64,000 nucleotides of DNA, from positions 320,001 through 384,000 of the forward strand of contig CAWBAN010000002.1 of NCBI GenBank assembly GCA_963786935.1. The letters are read 5' to 3'. The stretch comes from an uncultured bacterium (GTDB lineage Bacteria > Krumholzibacteriota > Krumholzibacteriia > Krumholzibacteriales > Krumholzibacteriaceae). Position numbers and translations under genes: made by a program. Below are positions 28,579 to 38,342 of the stretch, one piece after another; within the stretch, counting starts at the first letter, position 1; the number at the start of each line of letters is the position of its first letter. The notes under the pieces are model-generated. The model did no database searches, was not told the DNA's origin, and was given only the letters and a program-made list of their open reading frames with translations.

Positions 28579-30582
28579 ATGAAAAGCCCGGTGAAGCCAT
28601 CCTCCCTCTTCGACGTCGCCGTTCCCTTTCCCGTCGACAAACTGTTCACGTACGCGGTGCCGGAAGCGCTCCGCGGCCGGGTGAAGCCGGGCTCGCGCGT
28701 GCTCGTGCCGTTCGGGCCGCGGCGCGTCACCGCGTACGCGATCGCCGAGCGCCGCCGCGCGCCCGGGGCGTTCAAGGTCCGGGAGATCGCGGGCCTCGTC
28801 GACGAGGAGCCGCTCCTCACCGCGGAGCTCCTCGATCTCGCCCGCTGGATGTCGGAATACTACCTCCATCCGATCGGAGAGGTTCTCGGCGCCGTCCTCC
28901 CGGCGGCGATCAGGGGGAAGCGGCGCGGGGCGTGCGCGGACGGGACGGAGGGGAAGTTTCCCGAGGAGCTCGAGTATCCCGAGCTCACCCCCGACCAGGC
29001 CTCGGCGTTCGACGCCGTCCGGCGGGCGCTCGAGGCCGGCGAACCGGCGCCCTTCCTGCTCCACGGCGTCACGGGGAGCGGGAAGACCGAGGTGTATCTC
29101 CGCTGCATCGAGGAGACGCTCCGCGCGGGGAAGAGCGCCCTCGTCCTCGTCCCCGAGATCGCGCTCATCCCGCAGACGACGTCCCGCTTCAGGCGGCGGT
29201 TCGGGGAGACGGTCGCCGTGCTCCACAGCCGCCTCACGGGGGCGCAGCGCGCCGCCCTCTGGCGCGGCGCCCGGAGCGGAGAGACCCGCATCGTGATCGG
29301 GGCGCGCTCCGCGGTCTTCGTGCCGCTCGCGCGCCTCGGGATCATCGTGGTCGACGAGGAGCAGGATTCGTCGTTCAAGCAGGAGGACAAGCCGCGCTAC
29401 AGCGCCGTGCAGGCGGCCGCGTTCAGGGCCCGGCGCGAAGGCGCCGTGCTGCTCCTCGGCTCGGCGACGCCGTCGCTCGAGGCGTACGACGCCGCCCGGC
29501 GGGGAGAGACGGGCTATCTCGTGCTCCGCTCGAGGCCGCTCGGGCTCGAGCTTCCCCGCGTCGAGATCGTCGACATGCGCGGCCGCTACGAGATCTTCTC
29601 CGAGGAGCTGCTCCGCGCGCTCGAGGAGTGCCTCGCGCGCCGGGAGCAGGCGGTCGTGCTCCTCAACCGGCGCGGCCACGCGAACTTCGTCCAGTGCCGC
29701 GGATGCGGCTGGATCGAGCAGTGCCCCAACTGCTCCATATCGCTCACGTTCCACAGCCGCGGGCAGAAGCTCCTGTGCCACTACTGCGGGCACCGGAGCG
29801 CCGTTCCGGACGCCTGCCCGCGCTGCGGCGCGTACAAGATCGCGCACCGGGGAGTCGGCACGGAGCGGGTGGAGATGGAGCTCATGAACCTGCTGCCGGG
29901 GGTGAAGGTCGCGCGGATGGATCTCGACACGACCGCCGGCCGCGAGGGGCACCTCGCCGTGCTCGAGCGGTTCTCGAGCGGCGAGAAGGACGTGCTCCTC
30001 GGCACGCAGATGGTGGCGAAGGGGCACCATTACCCGAACGTCACCCTCATCGGCGTGCTCGCGGCGGACCGGGGGCTTTGCTTCCCCGATTTCCGCGCCG
30101 CGGAGCGGACCTTCCGGCTCCTCTTCCAGGCGGCGGGGAGGACGGGGCGGGGCGCGAAGGGGGGCAAGGTTCTCATCCAGACCTACGCGCCGGAGCATCC
30201 GATGTACCGCCACCTCGCGACGCACGACTACGAGGGATTCGCCCGGGAGGAGCTCGAGACGCGCTCCGCGCTCCGCTACCCGCCGGCGGGAAGGCTCATG
30301 CTCTTCACCGTTTCCGCGCGCACGGGCGAAAAGGCCGAGGCGGGCGCCGCGGCCGTCGCGGAGGCCCTGGGCCGTTCCCTCGACGCGGCGGACGCCGCCG
30401 TTCTCGGTCCCACCCCCGCCCTCGTCGAGCGGGTGCGCGGGCGGCACCGCTTCCATCTCCTCGTGCGGGGCGCGCTCGATCGGGAGATCCGCGCCTCGAT
30501 GGCGCGCGCGGCGCGCGAGGCGCTCGCCGGCGAGAAGCAAATCGATCTCCAGTGGGACGTCGATCCGGTCGAGCTCTCGTGA
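28579..30582 (+). CDS. priA: Primosomal protein N' helicase
   Basis: GVTGSGKTEVY, VDEEQD, LNRRG, four CxxC pairs, GTQMVAKG. Confidence 0.95.
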   Translation: MKSPVKPSSLFDVAVPFPVDKLFTYAVPEALRGRVKPGSRVLVPFGPRRVTAYAIAERRRAPGAFKVREIAGLVDEEPLLTAELLDLARWMSEYYLHPIGEVLGAVLPAAIRGKRRGACADGTEGKFPEELEYPELTPDQASAFDAVRRALEAGEPAPFLLHGVTGSGKTEVYLRCIEETLRAGKSALVLVPEIALIPQTTSRFRRRFGETVAVLHSRLTGAQRAALWRGARSGETRIVIGARSAVFVPLARLGIIVVDEEQDSSFKQEDKPRYSAVQAAAFRARREGAVLLLGSATPSLEAYDAARRGETGYLVLRSRPLGLELPRVEIVDMRGRYEIFSEELLRALEECLARREQAVVLLNRRGHANFVQCRGCGWIEQCPNCSISLTFHSRGQKLLCHYCGHRSAVPDACPRCGAYKIAHRGVGTERVEMELMNLLPGVKVARMDLDTTAGREGHLAVLERFSSGEKDVLLGTQMVAKGHHYPNVTLIGVLAADRGLCFPDFRAAERTFRLLFQAAGRTGRGAKGGKVLIQTYAPEHPMYRHLATHDYEGFAREELETRSALRYPPAGRLMLFTVSARTGEKAEAGAAAVAEALGRSLDAADAAVLGPTPALVERVRGRHRFHLLVRGALDREIRASMARAAREALAGEKQIDLQWDVDPVELS

Positions 30583-30655
30583 CGCGCCGATTCGCGCCGG
30601 GCGCGTCGGCGCGGCGGGGCCCCCTCGCGCCCCGATTCCGCCGCCTCATTTATGC

Positions 30656-30684
30656 TTGACACCGCGCCCGACGATTGGTAGCTT
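30656..30684 (+). promoter_or_regulatory. sigma70 promoter
   Basis: TTGACA-N17-TAGCTT with extended TG. Confidence 0.7.
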
Positions 30685-30850
30685 TTATCTGGAAATCGTT
30701 TAAACCCTCTGCTTCGATCACGATTGTTTGTTCGCGTTGAGAGCTTTCCATGTGGACTTCCCGGGCACATTCAGGAGACTGGTTCGAGCCCTGAGTTCCC
30801 GGAGCGTATCGGGTTCGCCGGCGGACCGGCCAGAAGGAGGCAACGGGCAG

Positions 30851-31909
30851 ATGAAACGGACCATGGTCATTCTCGCGATCCTCGTCCTTTCCGTCGTCAT
30901 CGTCTCGATGTATTCGTGCAAGAGCAAGGAGACGATGAGCGCGATTCTCCACAACGATCAGGGCAGCTACGACAAGGCGATCGAGCAGGCGAAGCTCGCG
31001 ATCGCGAAGAACCCGAACGACGCGGACGCCCATTTCGAGCTCGGCCGGGCCTACAGCTTCACCGGCGACATGGCCGGGGCGTACAAGGAGTTCATGATGT
31101 CGGCGCAGCTCGATCCGAAGAAGGTCGCCGACGCCGAGACCGGCATCAAGTCGAACTGGGCGAAGCACTTCAACGCCGGCATCAGCGAGTTCCAGACCGA
31201 CAACCTCGCCGGCGCGGCGCACGAGTTCGAGCTGACGACGCAGTCCGATCCGCGGCAGGTCAAGGGATGGCTCAACCTCGCGAAGGTGTACGCGAGCCTC
31301 GCGATGGGCGATTCGGCGGCCTACACGCCCCTCGAGTTCGCGGCGGCCGACACCCTGCTCGCGATGACGAAGGAAGACAACGAGGATTACGCGAACGTGC
31401 TCGCCCTCACCGGCGTCGTCATGATCAAGCGCGGGAAAGTCGAAGAGGCGCAGCGGCTGTTCGACAAGCTCCTCCTCGACGATCCGGCGAACTACGAGGA
31501 AGTCGAGCGCGCGGGAAACACCTTCCTCGCCGAAAAGGATTGGGCGAACGGCGCCACGTTCCTCCAGATGGCGATCGACGCGCGGAAGAAGACCGATTCG
31601 GAGGATTTCGAATCGTACTACAACCTCGGCGTCGCGTATTTCAACGCGAAGAACTGCCCCAAGGCGGTCGAGGCGTACCTGAACGCGTACGATATAGATC
31701 CCGACAACAAAATGGGCAACTACAGCCTGCTCCTCACGTATTTCACCTGCGAGATGTACGACGACGCGATCCTGCAGGGGCAGAAGTACACCGAGAAATG
31801 GCCGGAAGATCCGAACGCCTGGAACGTGCTGAGCCGCTGCTACGGCAAGAAGGGCATGAAGATCAAGGCGGAAGAGGCCATGAAGAAAGTGCAGGAGCTT
31901 TCGCAGTAG
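30851..31909 (+). CDS. TPR-repeat lipoprotein
   Basis: AGGAGG RBS; hydrophobic signal ending MYSC; repeated TPR patterns (AHFELG, YYNLGVAY, AWNVL). Confidence 0.85.
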   Translation: MKRTMVILAILVLSVVIVSMYSCKSKETMSAILHNDQGSYDKAIEQAKLAIAKNPNDADAHFELGRAYSFTGDMAGAYKEFMMSAQLDPKKVADAETGIKSNWAKHFNAGISEFQTDNLAGAAHEFELTTQSDPRQVKGWLNLAKVYASLAMGDSAAYTPLEFAAADTLLAMTKEDNEDYANVLALTGVVMIKRGKVEEAQRLFDKLLLDDPANYEEVERAGNTFLAEKDWANGATFLQMAIDARKKTDSEDFESYYNLGVAYFNAKNCPKAVEAYLNAYDIDPDNKMGNYSLLLTYFTCEMYDDAILQGQKYTEKWPEDPNAWNVLSRCYGKKGMKIKAEEAMKKVQELSQ

Positions 31910-32026
31910 CGCGGGTATCCGGGGCGCCGGGCTTTGCGGCCCGGCCCCCCGGCTTCATGCGGGCGGGGGCGGGGTATTGGAACGTTTTATGCGAATATTC
32001 GAGCCGGGAAGCGATTCCCATAATCC

Positions 32027-32054
32027 TTGACAAGGGGGCGGCGTTTCGTAATAT
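32027..32054 (+). promoter_or_regulatory. sigma70 promoter of rho
   Basis: TTGACA-N16-TAATAT. Confidence 0.7.
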
Positions 32055-32282
32055 TGGAGAGTCTTGAGAACAGCGTTCATCCGAAGCGTCCCGTTCATCA
32101 TTCTTCAGTAGGCGTGCGGAAGGGCAGCTCCCGAGGCGGATTCCTTTTAGAATATCCCGTACAAAGCCGGGCCAGTTGAGTGACATCCGCGTTCAAAGCA
32201 CTGGCCGGTGTTAATAATAAAGAACAAATCGGACCGAGAACCTCCACGAAAGTCCACAGCACGAAGGAGAGGTCTTAGCGTG

Positions 32283-33530
32283 ATGGACATTGCCGAATTA
32301 AAATCGAAGAAGATCGAGGAGCTCATCGACGTCGCGGCGACGCTCAATATCGAAGGGCTGTCGAGCCTGCGGAAGCAGGAGATCATATTCAAGATCCTCG
32401 AGGCCCAGGCGACCCAGAACGGGCTCATATTCGCCGAAGGCGTGCTCCAGGTCCTGCCCGAGGGGTACGGCTTCCTCCGGTCGTCGACGTACAACTATCT
32501 GCCGGGCCCCGACGACATCTACGTCTCGCCCTCCCAGATCAAGAAGTTCGACCTCCGGACGGGCGACACCGTCTCGGGCCAGGTCCGCGCCCCGAAGGAA
32601 TCGGAGCGCTATTTCGCGCTCCTCAAGGTCGAGATGGTCGACGGCGAGCATCCCGAGGACACCAAGAAGAAGACCCTCTTCGACAACCTGACGCCGCTCT
32701 ATCCCGACGAGCTCATCAATCTCGAAAGCAATCCCGACGATCTCTCGACGCGTCTCATGAACCTGCTCACGCCGATCGGCAAGGGGCAGCGCGGCCTCAT
32801 CGTGTCGCCGCCGCGCGCCGGGAAAACGATCATCATGCAGAAGATTGCCAACTCCATCACGGCGAACCATCCCGAGATCTACCTCATCGTGCTGCTCATC
32901 GACGAGCGCCCCGAGGAGGTCACCGACATGGAGCGCTCCGTGAAGGGGGAGGTCATCAGCTCCACGTTCGACGAGCCGGCCGACCGGCACGTGCAGGTCG
33001 CCGACATGGTCATCGAGAAGGCGAAGCGCCTCGTCGAGCACGGCAAGGACGTCGTCATCCTCCTCGACAGCCTCACGAGGCTCGCCCGCGCGCACAACGC
33101 CGTCGTGCCCCATTCGGGCAAGATCCTCTCGGGCGGCGTCGATTCGAACGCGCTGCAGCGGCCGAAGCGCTTCTTCGGCGCCGCGCGGAACACGGAAGAG
33201 CAGGGGAGCCTCACGATCATCGCGACGGCCCTCGTCGAGACGGGAAGCCGCATGGACGAGGTCATCTTCGAGGAGTTCAAGGGCACGGGAAACCTCGAAA
33301 TCGTCCTTGACCGGCGCCTCGCCGACAAGCGCGTTTTCCCGGCGATCGACATCTTCCGCTCGGGCACGAGAAAGGAAGAGCTGCTGCTCCCGGAGAAGGT
33401 GCTCAGCAAGGTCTATATTCTGCGCAAGTTCTTGAGCGACAAGAACGTAGTCGAGGCCATGGAATTTCTCCTCGAGAAGATGTCCAAGACGAAATCGAAC
33501 CAGAAATTCCTCTCCGCGATGAACGCCTAG
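32283..33530 (+). CDS. rho: Transcription termination factor Rho
   Basis: [47 protein letters not shown]. Confidence 0.98.
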   Translation: MDIAELKSKKIEELIDVAATLNIEGLSSLRKQEIIFKILEAQATQNGLIFAEGVLQVLPEGYGFLRSSTYNYLPGPDDIYVSPSQIKKFDLRTGDTVSGQVRAPKESERYFALLKVEMVDGEHPEDTKKKTLFDNLTPLYPDELINLESNPDDLSTRLMNLLTPIGKGQRGLIVSPPRAGKTIIMQKIANSITANHPEIYLIVLLIDERPEEVTDMERSVKGEVISSTFDEPADRHVQVADMVIEKAKRLVEHGKDVVILLDSLTRLARAHNAVVPHSGKILSGGVDSNALQRPKRFFGAARNTEEQGSLTIIATALVETGSRMDEVIFEEFKGTGNLEIVLDRRLADKRVFPAIDIFRSGTRKEELLLPEKVLSKVYILRKFLSDKNVVEAMEFLLEKMSKTKSNQKFLSAMNA

Positions 33531-33624
33531 CGCCCGTCGGGGCGGCCCCCGGGGCGGGCGCCGGCGGCCGGAAAATTCCGTTTGTGTTCCCGCGTTCGCT
33601 TTATTAGATTTAGCGGGCTTTTCA

Positions 33625-33633
33625 TGATATAAT
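33625..33633 (+). promoter_or_regulatory. Extended -10 promoter of rpmE
   Basis: TGaTATAAT about 55 nt before the ATG. Confidence 0.6.
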
Positions 33634-33688
33634 ATGGCGTTGGGCCGGTGTGCGGCCCGCAGAGCAACGCGCAAACAGGGAGTAGGAA

Positions 33689-33937
33689 ATGAAGAAGGAA
33701 ATTCATCCCGACTACAAGCGGATGAAGATCACGTGCCTCTGCGGCAACGTGATAGAGACCTCATCCACCAAGCAGGATATCCACGTCGAAATCTGTTCCC
33801 GGTGCCACCCGTTTTTCACGGGAAAGCAGAAGCTCATCGACACCGCCGGCCGCGTCGAGCGTTTCCAGCGCAAGTACGCCGACTACAAGGGCAAGAAGAA
33901 GGCCGACAAGGACACCGGAACGGAAACGGCGAAGTAG
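33689..33937 (+). CDS. rpmE: 50S ribosomal protein L31 (Zn-binding type)
   Basis: [27 protein letters not shown]. Confidence 0.97.
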   Translation: MKKEIHPDYKRMKITCLCGNVIETSSTKQDIHVEICSRCHPFFTGKQKLIDTAGRVERFQRKYADYKGKKKADKDTGTETAK

Positions 33938-33979
33938 CCTCCCCGGAACCATCCTCCTCAGCGCTCGTGTAAGGGGCTC

Positions 33980-34969
33980 ATGTCCGATACAGACGCGAGA
34001 AAGCGCCTCCAGGTGGGCGGGCAAGCCGTCATCGAAGGCGTGATGATGCGCTCGCCGGCGTGCATCGCCACCGCGGTGCGCACCCCCGGAGGCGAGATCG
34101 TCGTGCAGAAGGAGCCGTTCACGAGCCTCGTCAGGCGTTTCCGTCCCCTCAACATTCCGGTGATCCGCGGCGCGATCGCCTTCGTCGAAACGTTCGTCAT
34201 CGCGATCAAATCGCTTTCGTTCTCGGCCGAGAAGGCGTCGGCGGAGCTTCCCGGGGCTGAGGACGCCGGAGCGCCGGGCGGGGAGAAGAAGAAGCCGCAG
34301 AAGGGGCTCTCGTTCATCCACATCTTCCTCACGATCCTCGCGGCCTTCGCGCTCGGGTTCGGCCTGTTCTTCTACCTGCCGCTCTTTCTCACGGAGCTCA
34401 CCGGCCTCACGCAGGGAGTGCTCTTCAACCTCGTCGACGGCGTGATCCGCCTCGTCTTCCTCGTGACGTACATCGTGCTCATCACGCGGTGGAAGGAGAT
34501 GCGGCGGATATTCGAGTATCACGGCGCCGAGCACAAGACGATCTCGGCGTTCGAGGAGGAGGGGCGCGCGACGCTCGAGAACGTCCGGGCGTACTCGACC
34601 GTCCACGCGCGGTGCAGCACGAGCTTCCTGCTCCTCGTCGTCGTCGTCAGCATCGTCGTGTTCATGATCCTCGGGCGGCCGCAGAGCGTCGGCGACAAGA
34701 TCGTCCGCTTCGCGTTCATCCCCGTCATCGGCGGCGTTTCGTACGAGCTCCTCAAGCTCTCGGCGAAGCCGTCCGTGCGCCCCTACCTGGCGCTCCTCGT
34801 GTGGCCCGGCCTGTTTCTCCAGCGGCTCACCACGAAGGAGCCCTCGAGCGACCAGCTCGAGGTCGCCATCGCCGCGCTCAACGCCTGCCTCGGCGACGGC
34901 GCCCGCTGCGGCGATACGTCCCGCCTCGGCGATCCGCCCCGCCTCGGCGACAAAATGGTGGAATCCTAG
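33980..34969 (+). CDS. DUF1385 membrane protein
   Basis: VGGQAVIEGVMM, FEYHGAEHK, RCSTSF, LTTKEP; typical rpmE-prfA context. Confidence 0.9.
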   Translation: MSDTDARKRLQVGGQAVIEGVMMRSPACIATAVRTPGGEIVVQKEPFTSLVRRFRPLNIPVIRGAIAFVETFVIAIKSLSFSAEKASAELPGAEDAGAPGGEKKKPQKGLSFIHIFLTILAAFALGFGLFFYLPLFLTELTGLTQGVLFNLVDGVIRLVFLVTYIVLITRWKEMRRIFEYHGAEHKTISAFEEEGRATLENVRAYSTVHARCSTSFLLLVVVVSIVVFMILGRPQSVGDKIVRFAFIPVIGGVSYELLKLSAKPSVRPYLALLVWPGLFLQRLTTKEPSSDQLEVAIAALNACLGDGARCGDTSRLGDPPRLGDKMVES

Positions 34970-35058
34970 CCTCGCATTGATTACAGTTTCGTCGTGCCGC
35001 CGCCCGCGCGCCCTGGTCCGCGGCGTCGCCTCCCGTGCGGCCGTCGAATGGAGGACCG

Positions 35059-36159
35059 GTGGAGTCGAACACCCACTATCAAAACGTGATCGCGCGCTAC
35101 GACCAGCTCGGGGACGAGCTCGGCAAGCCCGAGAACATCAGGAACCGCGATCTCTACCGCAAGCTCGCCCGCGAGCGCAGCGAGCTCGAGAAGGCCGTCG
35201 TCGCGATCCGGCGCTACGCCGATTTCGAGAAGCGCTACGCCGACGATCGCTCGGTCGTCGAGCAGGGGGAGGATCGCGAGCTCGTCGATCTCGCCCGCTC
35301 CGAAATGGCCGAGCTCGAGCGCGAGATGCGGGCCGAGGAAGAGAACATCAAGGTGCTTCTCCTGCCCCGTGATCCGGACGATTCGCGCAACACCGTCTTC
35401 GAGATCCGGGCGGGAACCGGCGGGGACGAGGCCGCGCTCTTCGCCGCGGACCTCGCCCGGATGTACCGGCTCTACTCGGAGCGGCACGGGTGGAAGGTCG
35501 AGGACCTGTCGAGCAGCCCGACCGAAATCGGCGGCTTCAAGGAGAGCATCTTCCTCGTGACGGGGGAGAACGCGTACGGGAAGCTCAAGTTCGAGAGCGG
35601 CGTGCACCGCGTGCAGCGCGTGCCGGTGACGGAGGCGGGGGGGCGCATCCACACGTCGGCCGTTTCGGTCGCCGTGCTCCCCGAGGCGGAGGAGGTCGAT
35701 ATCCATATCGACCAGAAGGATCTCCGCGTCGATGTCTTCCGCTCCCGCGGCCCGGGCGGCCAGTCGGTGAACACGACCGACTCGGCCGTGCGCATCACGC
35801 ACATTCCGACCGGCATGGTCGTCCAGTGTCAGGACGAGAAATCGCAGCTGAAGAACCGGGTGAAGGCCCTCAAGGTGCTCATGGCGCGGCTCCTCGAGAA
35901 GGCGCGCAGCGAGCAGGACGAGAAGATCGCCGCCGCGCGGCGCGGCATGATCGGCTCGGGGGACCGGAGCGACAAGATCCGCACGTACAATTTCCCGCAG
36001 GGGCGGGTCACCGACCACCGGATCGGGCTCACCATATACAACCTGAAAGGCGTCCTCGACGGCGCGCTCGACGAGATCGTCGACGCGCTCGCGCTGGCGC
36101 ATCGCGAGGAGCTCCTCAAGCGCGAAATGGAGGCCGGAAACCGAGCGGGAGGCGCTTGA
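35059..36159 (+). CDS. prfA: Peptide chain release factor 1
   Basis: [17 protein letters not shown] (PxT motif), [16 protein letters not shown] start after GGAGGA. Confidence 0.97.
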   Translation: MESNTHYQNVIARYDQLGDELGKPENIRNRDLYRKLARERSELEKAVVAIRRYADFEKRYADDRSVVEQGEDRELVDLARSEMAELEREMRAEEENIKVLLLPRDPDDSRNTVFEIRAGTGGDEAALFAADLARMYRLYSERHGWKVEDLSSSPTEIGGFKESIFLVTGENAYGKLKFESGVHRVQRVPVTEAGGRIHTSAVSVAVLPEAEEVDIHIDQKDLRVDVFRSRGPGGQSVNTTDSAVRITHIPTGMVVQCQDEKSQLKNRVKALKVLMARLLEKARSEQDEKIAAARRGMIGSGDRSDKIRTYNFPQGRVTDHRIGLTIYNLKGVLDGALDEIVDALALAHREELLKREMEAGNRAGGA

Positions 36160-36160
36160 G

Positions 36161-37060
36161 ATGCCGGACGCGGCGCCCGCGAAACGGGTGAAGGTCATGG
36201 AGGCGCTGCGGCTCGCGGAAGCGTACCTCTCGCGGCACGGCGTCGAATCCCCCCGGCTCAGCGCCGAGCATCTGCTCGCGCGGCGCATGCGATGCTCGCG
36301 GCTCGATCTCTACCTCCGCTTCGATCACGAGCTCGTCGACGACGTGCTCGTTCCGTACCGCGAGGATCTCAAGGTGCGCTCGACGCGGTATCCGCTCCAG
36401 TACATTCTCGGCGAGGTCGAATTCATGTCGCTCCCGTTCGCGGTGCGCGAGGGCGTCTTCATACCGCGCCCCGAGACGGAGCTCCTCGTCGAGTGCATCG
36501 AGGAGATCGTCGGCGAAGCGCCCGCGATCTCGTTCGTCGAGCTCGGCGTCGGCTCGGGCGTCATCGCGGGGAGCCTGTGCCGGCGGCATCCCGGCTGGAG
36601 CGCCGTCGCCGTGGACGTCTCGGAGGCGGCGGTCGCGCTCGCGCGGGAGAATTTCGAGGCGCTCGGGGTGGCGCCGCGCGTGGAAACGATCGTCGCCGAC
36701 GGGCTCTGCCGCGTCGTCGCGGGCGCGGGCTTCGACCTGCTCGTCTCGAATCCGCCGTACGTTCCATCCGCCGAGATACCGTCGCTCGAGGCGGAGGTAT
36801 CCCGCTGGGAGGAGCGCGGGGCGCTCGACGGGGGGGCCGACGGCACGGCGTTCTTTCCCGCCCTCGCGGCGGAGGCGATGCGTCTCCTGCGCCCCGGCGG
36901 GCTCCTCGCTTTCGAGATCGGCCACGGCCAGGGGGACGCGGCGATCGAGGCGTGCGCGCGCGCCGGGCTCGAAAGCGCCGCGATGCGACGGGACTACAAC
37001 AGGCTCGAACGGATCGTGACGGCCATGGCGCCGGATGCGAGGAATGGGTGCGATGGATAG
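36161..37060 (+). CDS. prmC: Release factor glutamine methyltransferase
   Basis: IPRPETE, ELGVGSG, SNPPY. Confidence 0.95.
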   Translation: MPDAAPAKRVKVMEALRLAEAYLSRHGVESPRLSAEHLLARRMRCSRLDLYLRFDHELVDDVLVPYREDLKVRSTRYPLQYILGEVEFMSLPFAVREGVFIPRPETELLVECIEEIVGEAPAISFVELGVGSGVIAGSLCRRHPGWSAVAVDVSEAAVALARENFEALGVAPRVETIVADGLCRVVAGAGFDLLVSNPPYVPSAEIPSLEAEVSRWEERGALDGGADGTAFFPALAAEAMRLLRPGGLLAFEIGHGQGDAAIEACARAGLESAAMRRDYNRLERIVTAMAPDARNGCDG

Positions 37061-38306
37061 ATTCGTCATCAAGGGACCGTGCCGGCTCGAGGGGCGCGTC
37101 GAGGTGAGCGGCGCGAAAAACGCCGTGCTTCCCCTCATGGCCGCCTCCATGCTCACCGGCGGGACGTGCACGCTCGACAACGTCCCCGATCTCAAGGACA
37201 CGCGGACCATGATGGAGCTGCTCGCGGGCTTCGGCGTCGTCTCGTCGTTCGTCGTCGGCCGGCTCACGATCGACGCGTCGCGGATCGCCTCGTTCGAGGC
37301 GCCGTACGAGCTCGTGCGGACGATGCGCGCTTCGATCTACGCGTTCGGCCCGCTCGTCGCGCGATTCGGCCGGGCGCGCGTGTCGATGCCGGGCGGCTGC
37401 GCGTGGGGGCCGCGCCCCGTCGATCTCCACCTCAAGGGGCTCGCGGCGCTCGGCGCGAAGCTCACGATCGAGCACGGCTACATCAACGCGAGCGCCGGGA
37501 AGCTCCGGGGCGCCGAGATCACGCTCGGGATCGCGAGCGTCGGCGCGACGGTGAACATCGTCATGGCCGCCGTCCTCGCCGAGGGGCGGACCGTGATCGA
37601 GAACGCCGCGCGGGAGCCCGAGGTCGCCGAGCTCGCGCGGGCGCTCAAGGGCGCCGGGGCGAAGATCGAAGGGGAGGGGACCTCCCGCGTCACGATCGAC
37701 GGCGTGGCGGCGATCGCGCCCTTCACGCACCGCGTCATTCCCGACCGCATCGAGGCGGGCACCTTCGCCGCCGCCGCGGCGATCACGGGAGGGCGGATCG
37801 AGATCGCCGGATGCGATCCGTCGCACCTCGGCGCGGTCGTCGAGAAGCTCGTGGAATGCGGCGCGCGCGTCGAGCAGGCCCCCGGCGCGATCACGGTGAC
37901 GGGCCCCCCGCGGCTCCGCCCCGCGAACGTGGAGACGGGATTCTACCCGTCCTTTCCGACCGACATGCAGGCGCAGATCATGGCGGCGCTCTCGATCGCC
38001 TCGGGAACGAGCACCGTCGTCGACCGCGTGTATCCCGACCGTTTCACGCACGTGCCGGAGCTCTGCCGCTTCGGCGCGAAGATCGTGAGAGACGGCAACG
38101 TCGCGGTCGTCACCGGCGTCGAAAAGCTCGAGGGAGCGCCGGTGATGGCGACCGACATCCGGGCGAGCTCAGCCCTCATCCTCGCGGCGCTCGCCGCCGA
38201 GGGGGAGACGACGATTCTCCGCGTCTATCACATCGACCGGGGCTACGAGCGGATCGAGGAGAAGCTTCGGGGGATCGGCGCCTCGATCCGGAGGGTCGCG
38301 GAATGA
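37053..38306 (+). CDS. murA: UDP-N-acetylglucosamine 1-carboxyvinyltransferase
   Basis: SGAKNA, PGGCAWGPRPVDLH, FPTDMQAQ, HIDRGYE. Confidence 0.97.
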   Translation: MDRFVIKGPCRLEGRVEVSGAKNAVLPLMAASMLTGGTCTLDNVPDLKDTRTMMELLAGFGVVSSFVVGRLTIDASRIASFEAPYELVRTMRASIYAFGPLVARFGRARVSMPGGCAWGPRPVDLHLKGLAALGAKLTIEHGYINASAGKLRGAEITLGIASVGATVNIVMAAVLAEGRTVIENAAREPEVAELARALKGAGAKIEGEGTSRVTIDGVAAIAPFTHRVIPDRIEAGTFAAAAAITGGRIEIAGCDPSHLGAVVEKLVECGARVEQAPGAITVTGPPRLRPANVETGFYPSFPTDMQAQIMAALSIASGTSTVVDRVYPDRFTHVPELCRFGAKIVRDGNVAVVTGVEKLEGAPVMATDIRASSALILAALAAEGETTILRVYHIDRGYERIEEKLRGIGASIRRVAE

Positions 38307-38342
38307 GCTTCGCCCTCGGATCGTCCGGGAGGAGCGCGCGGC

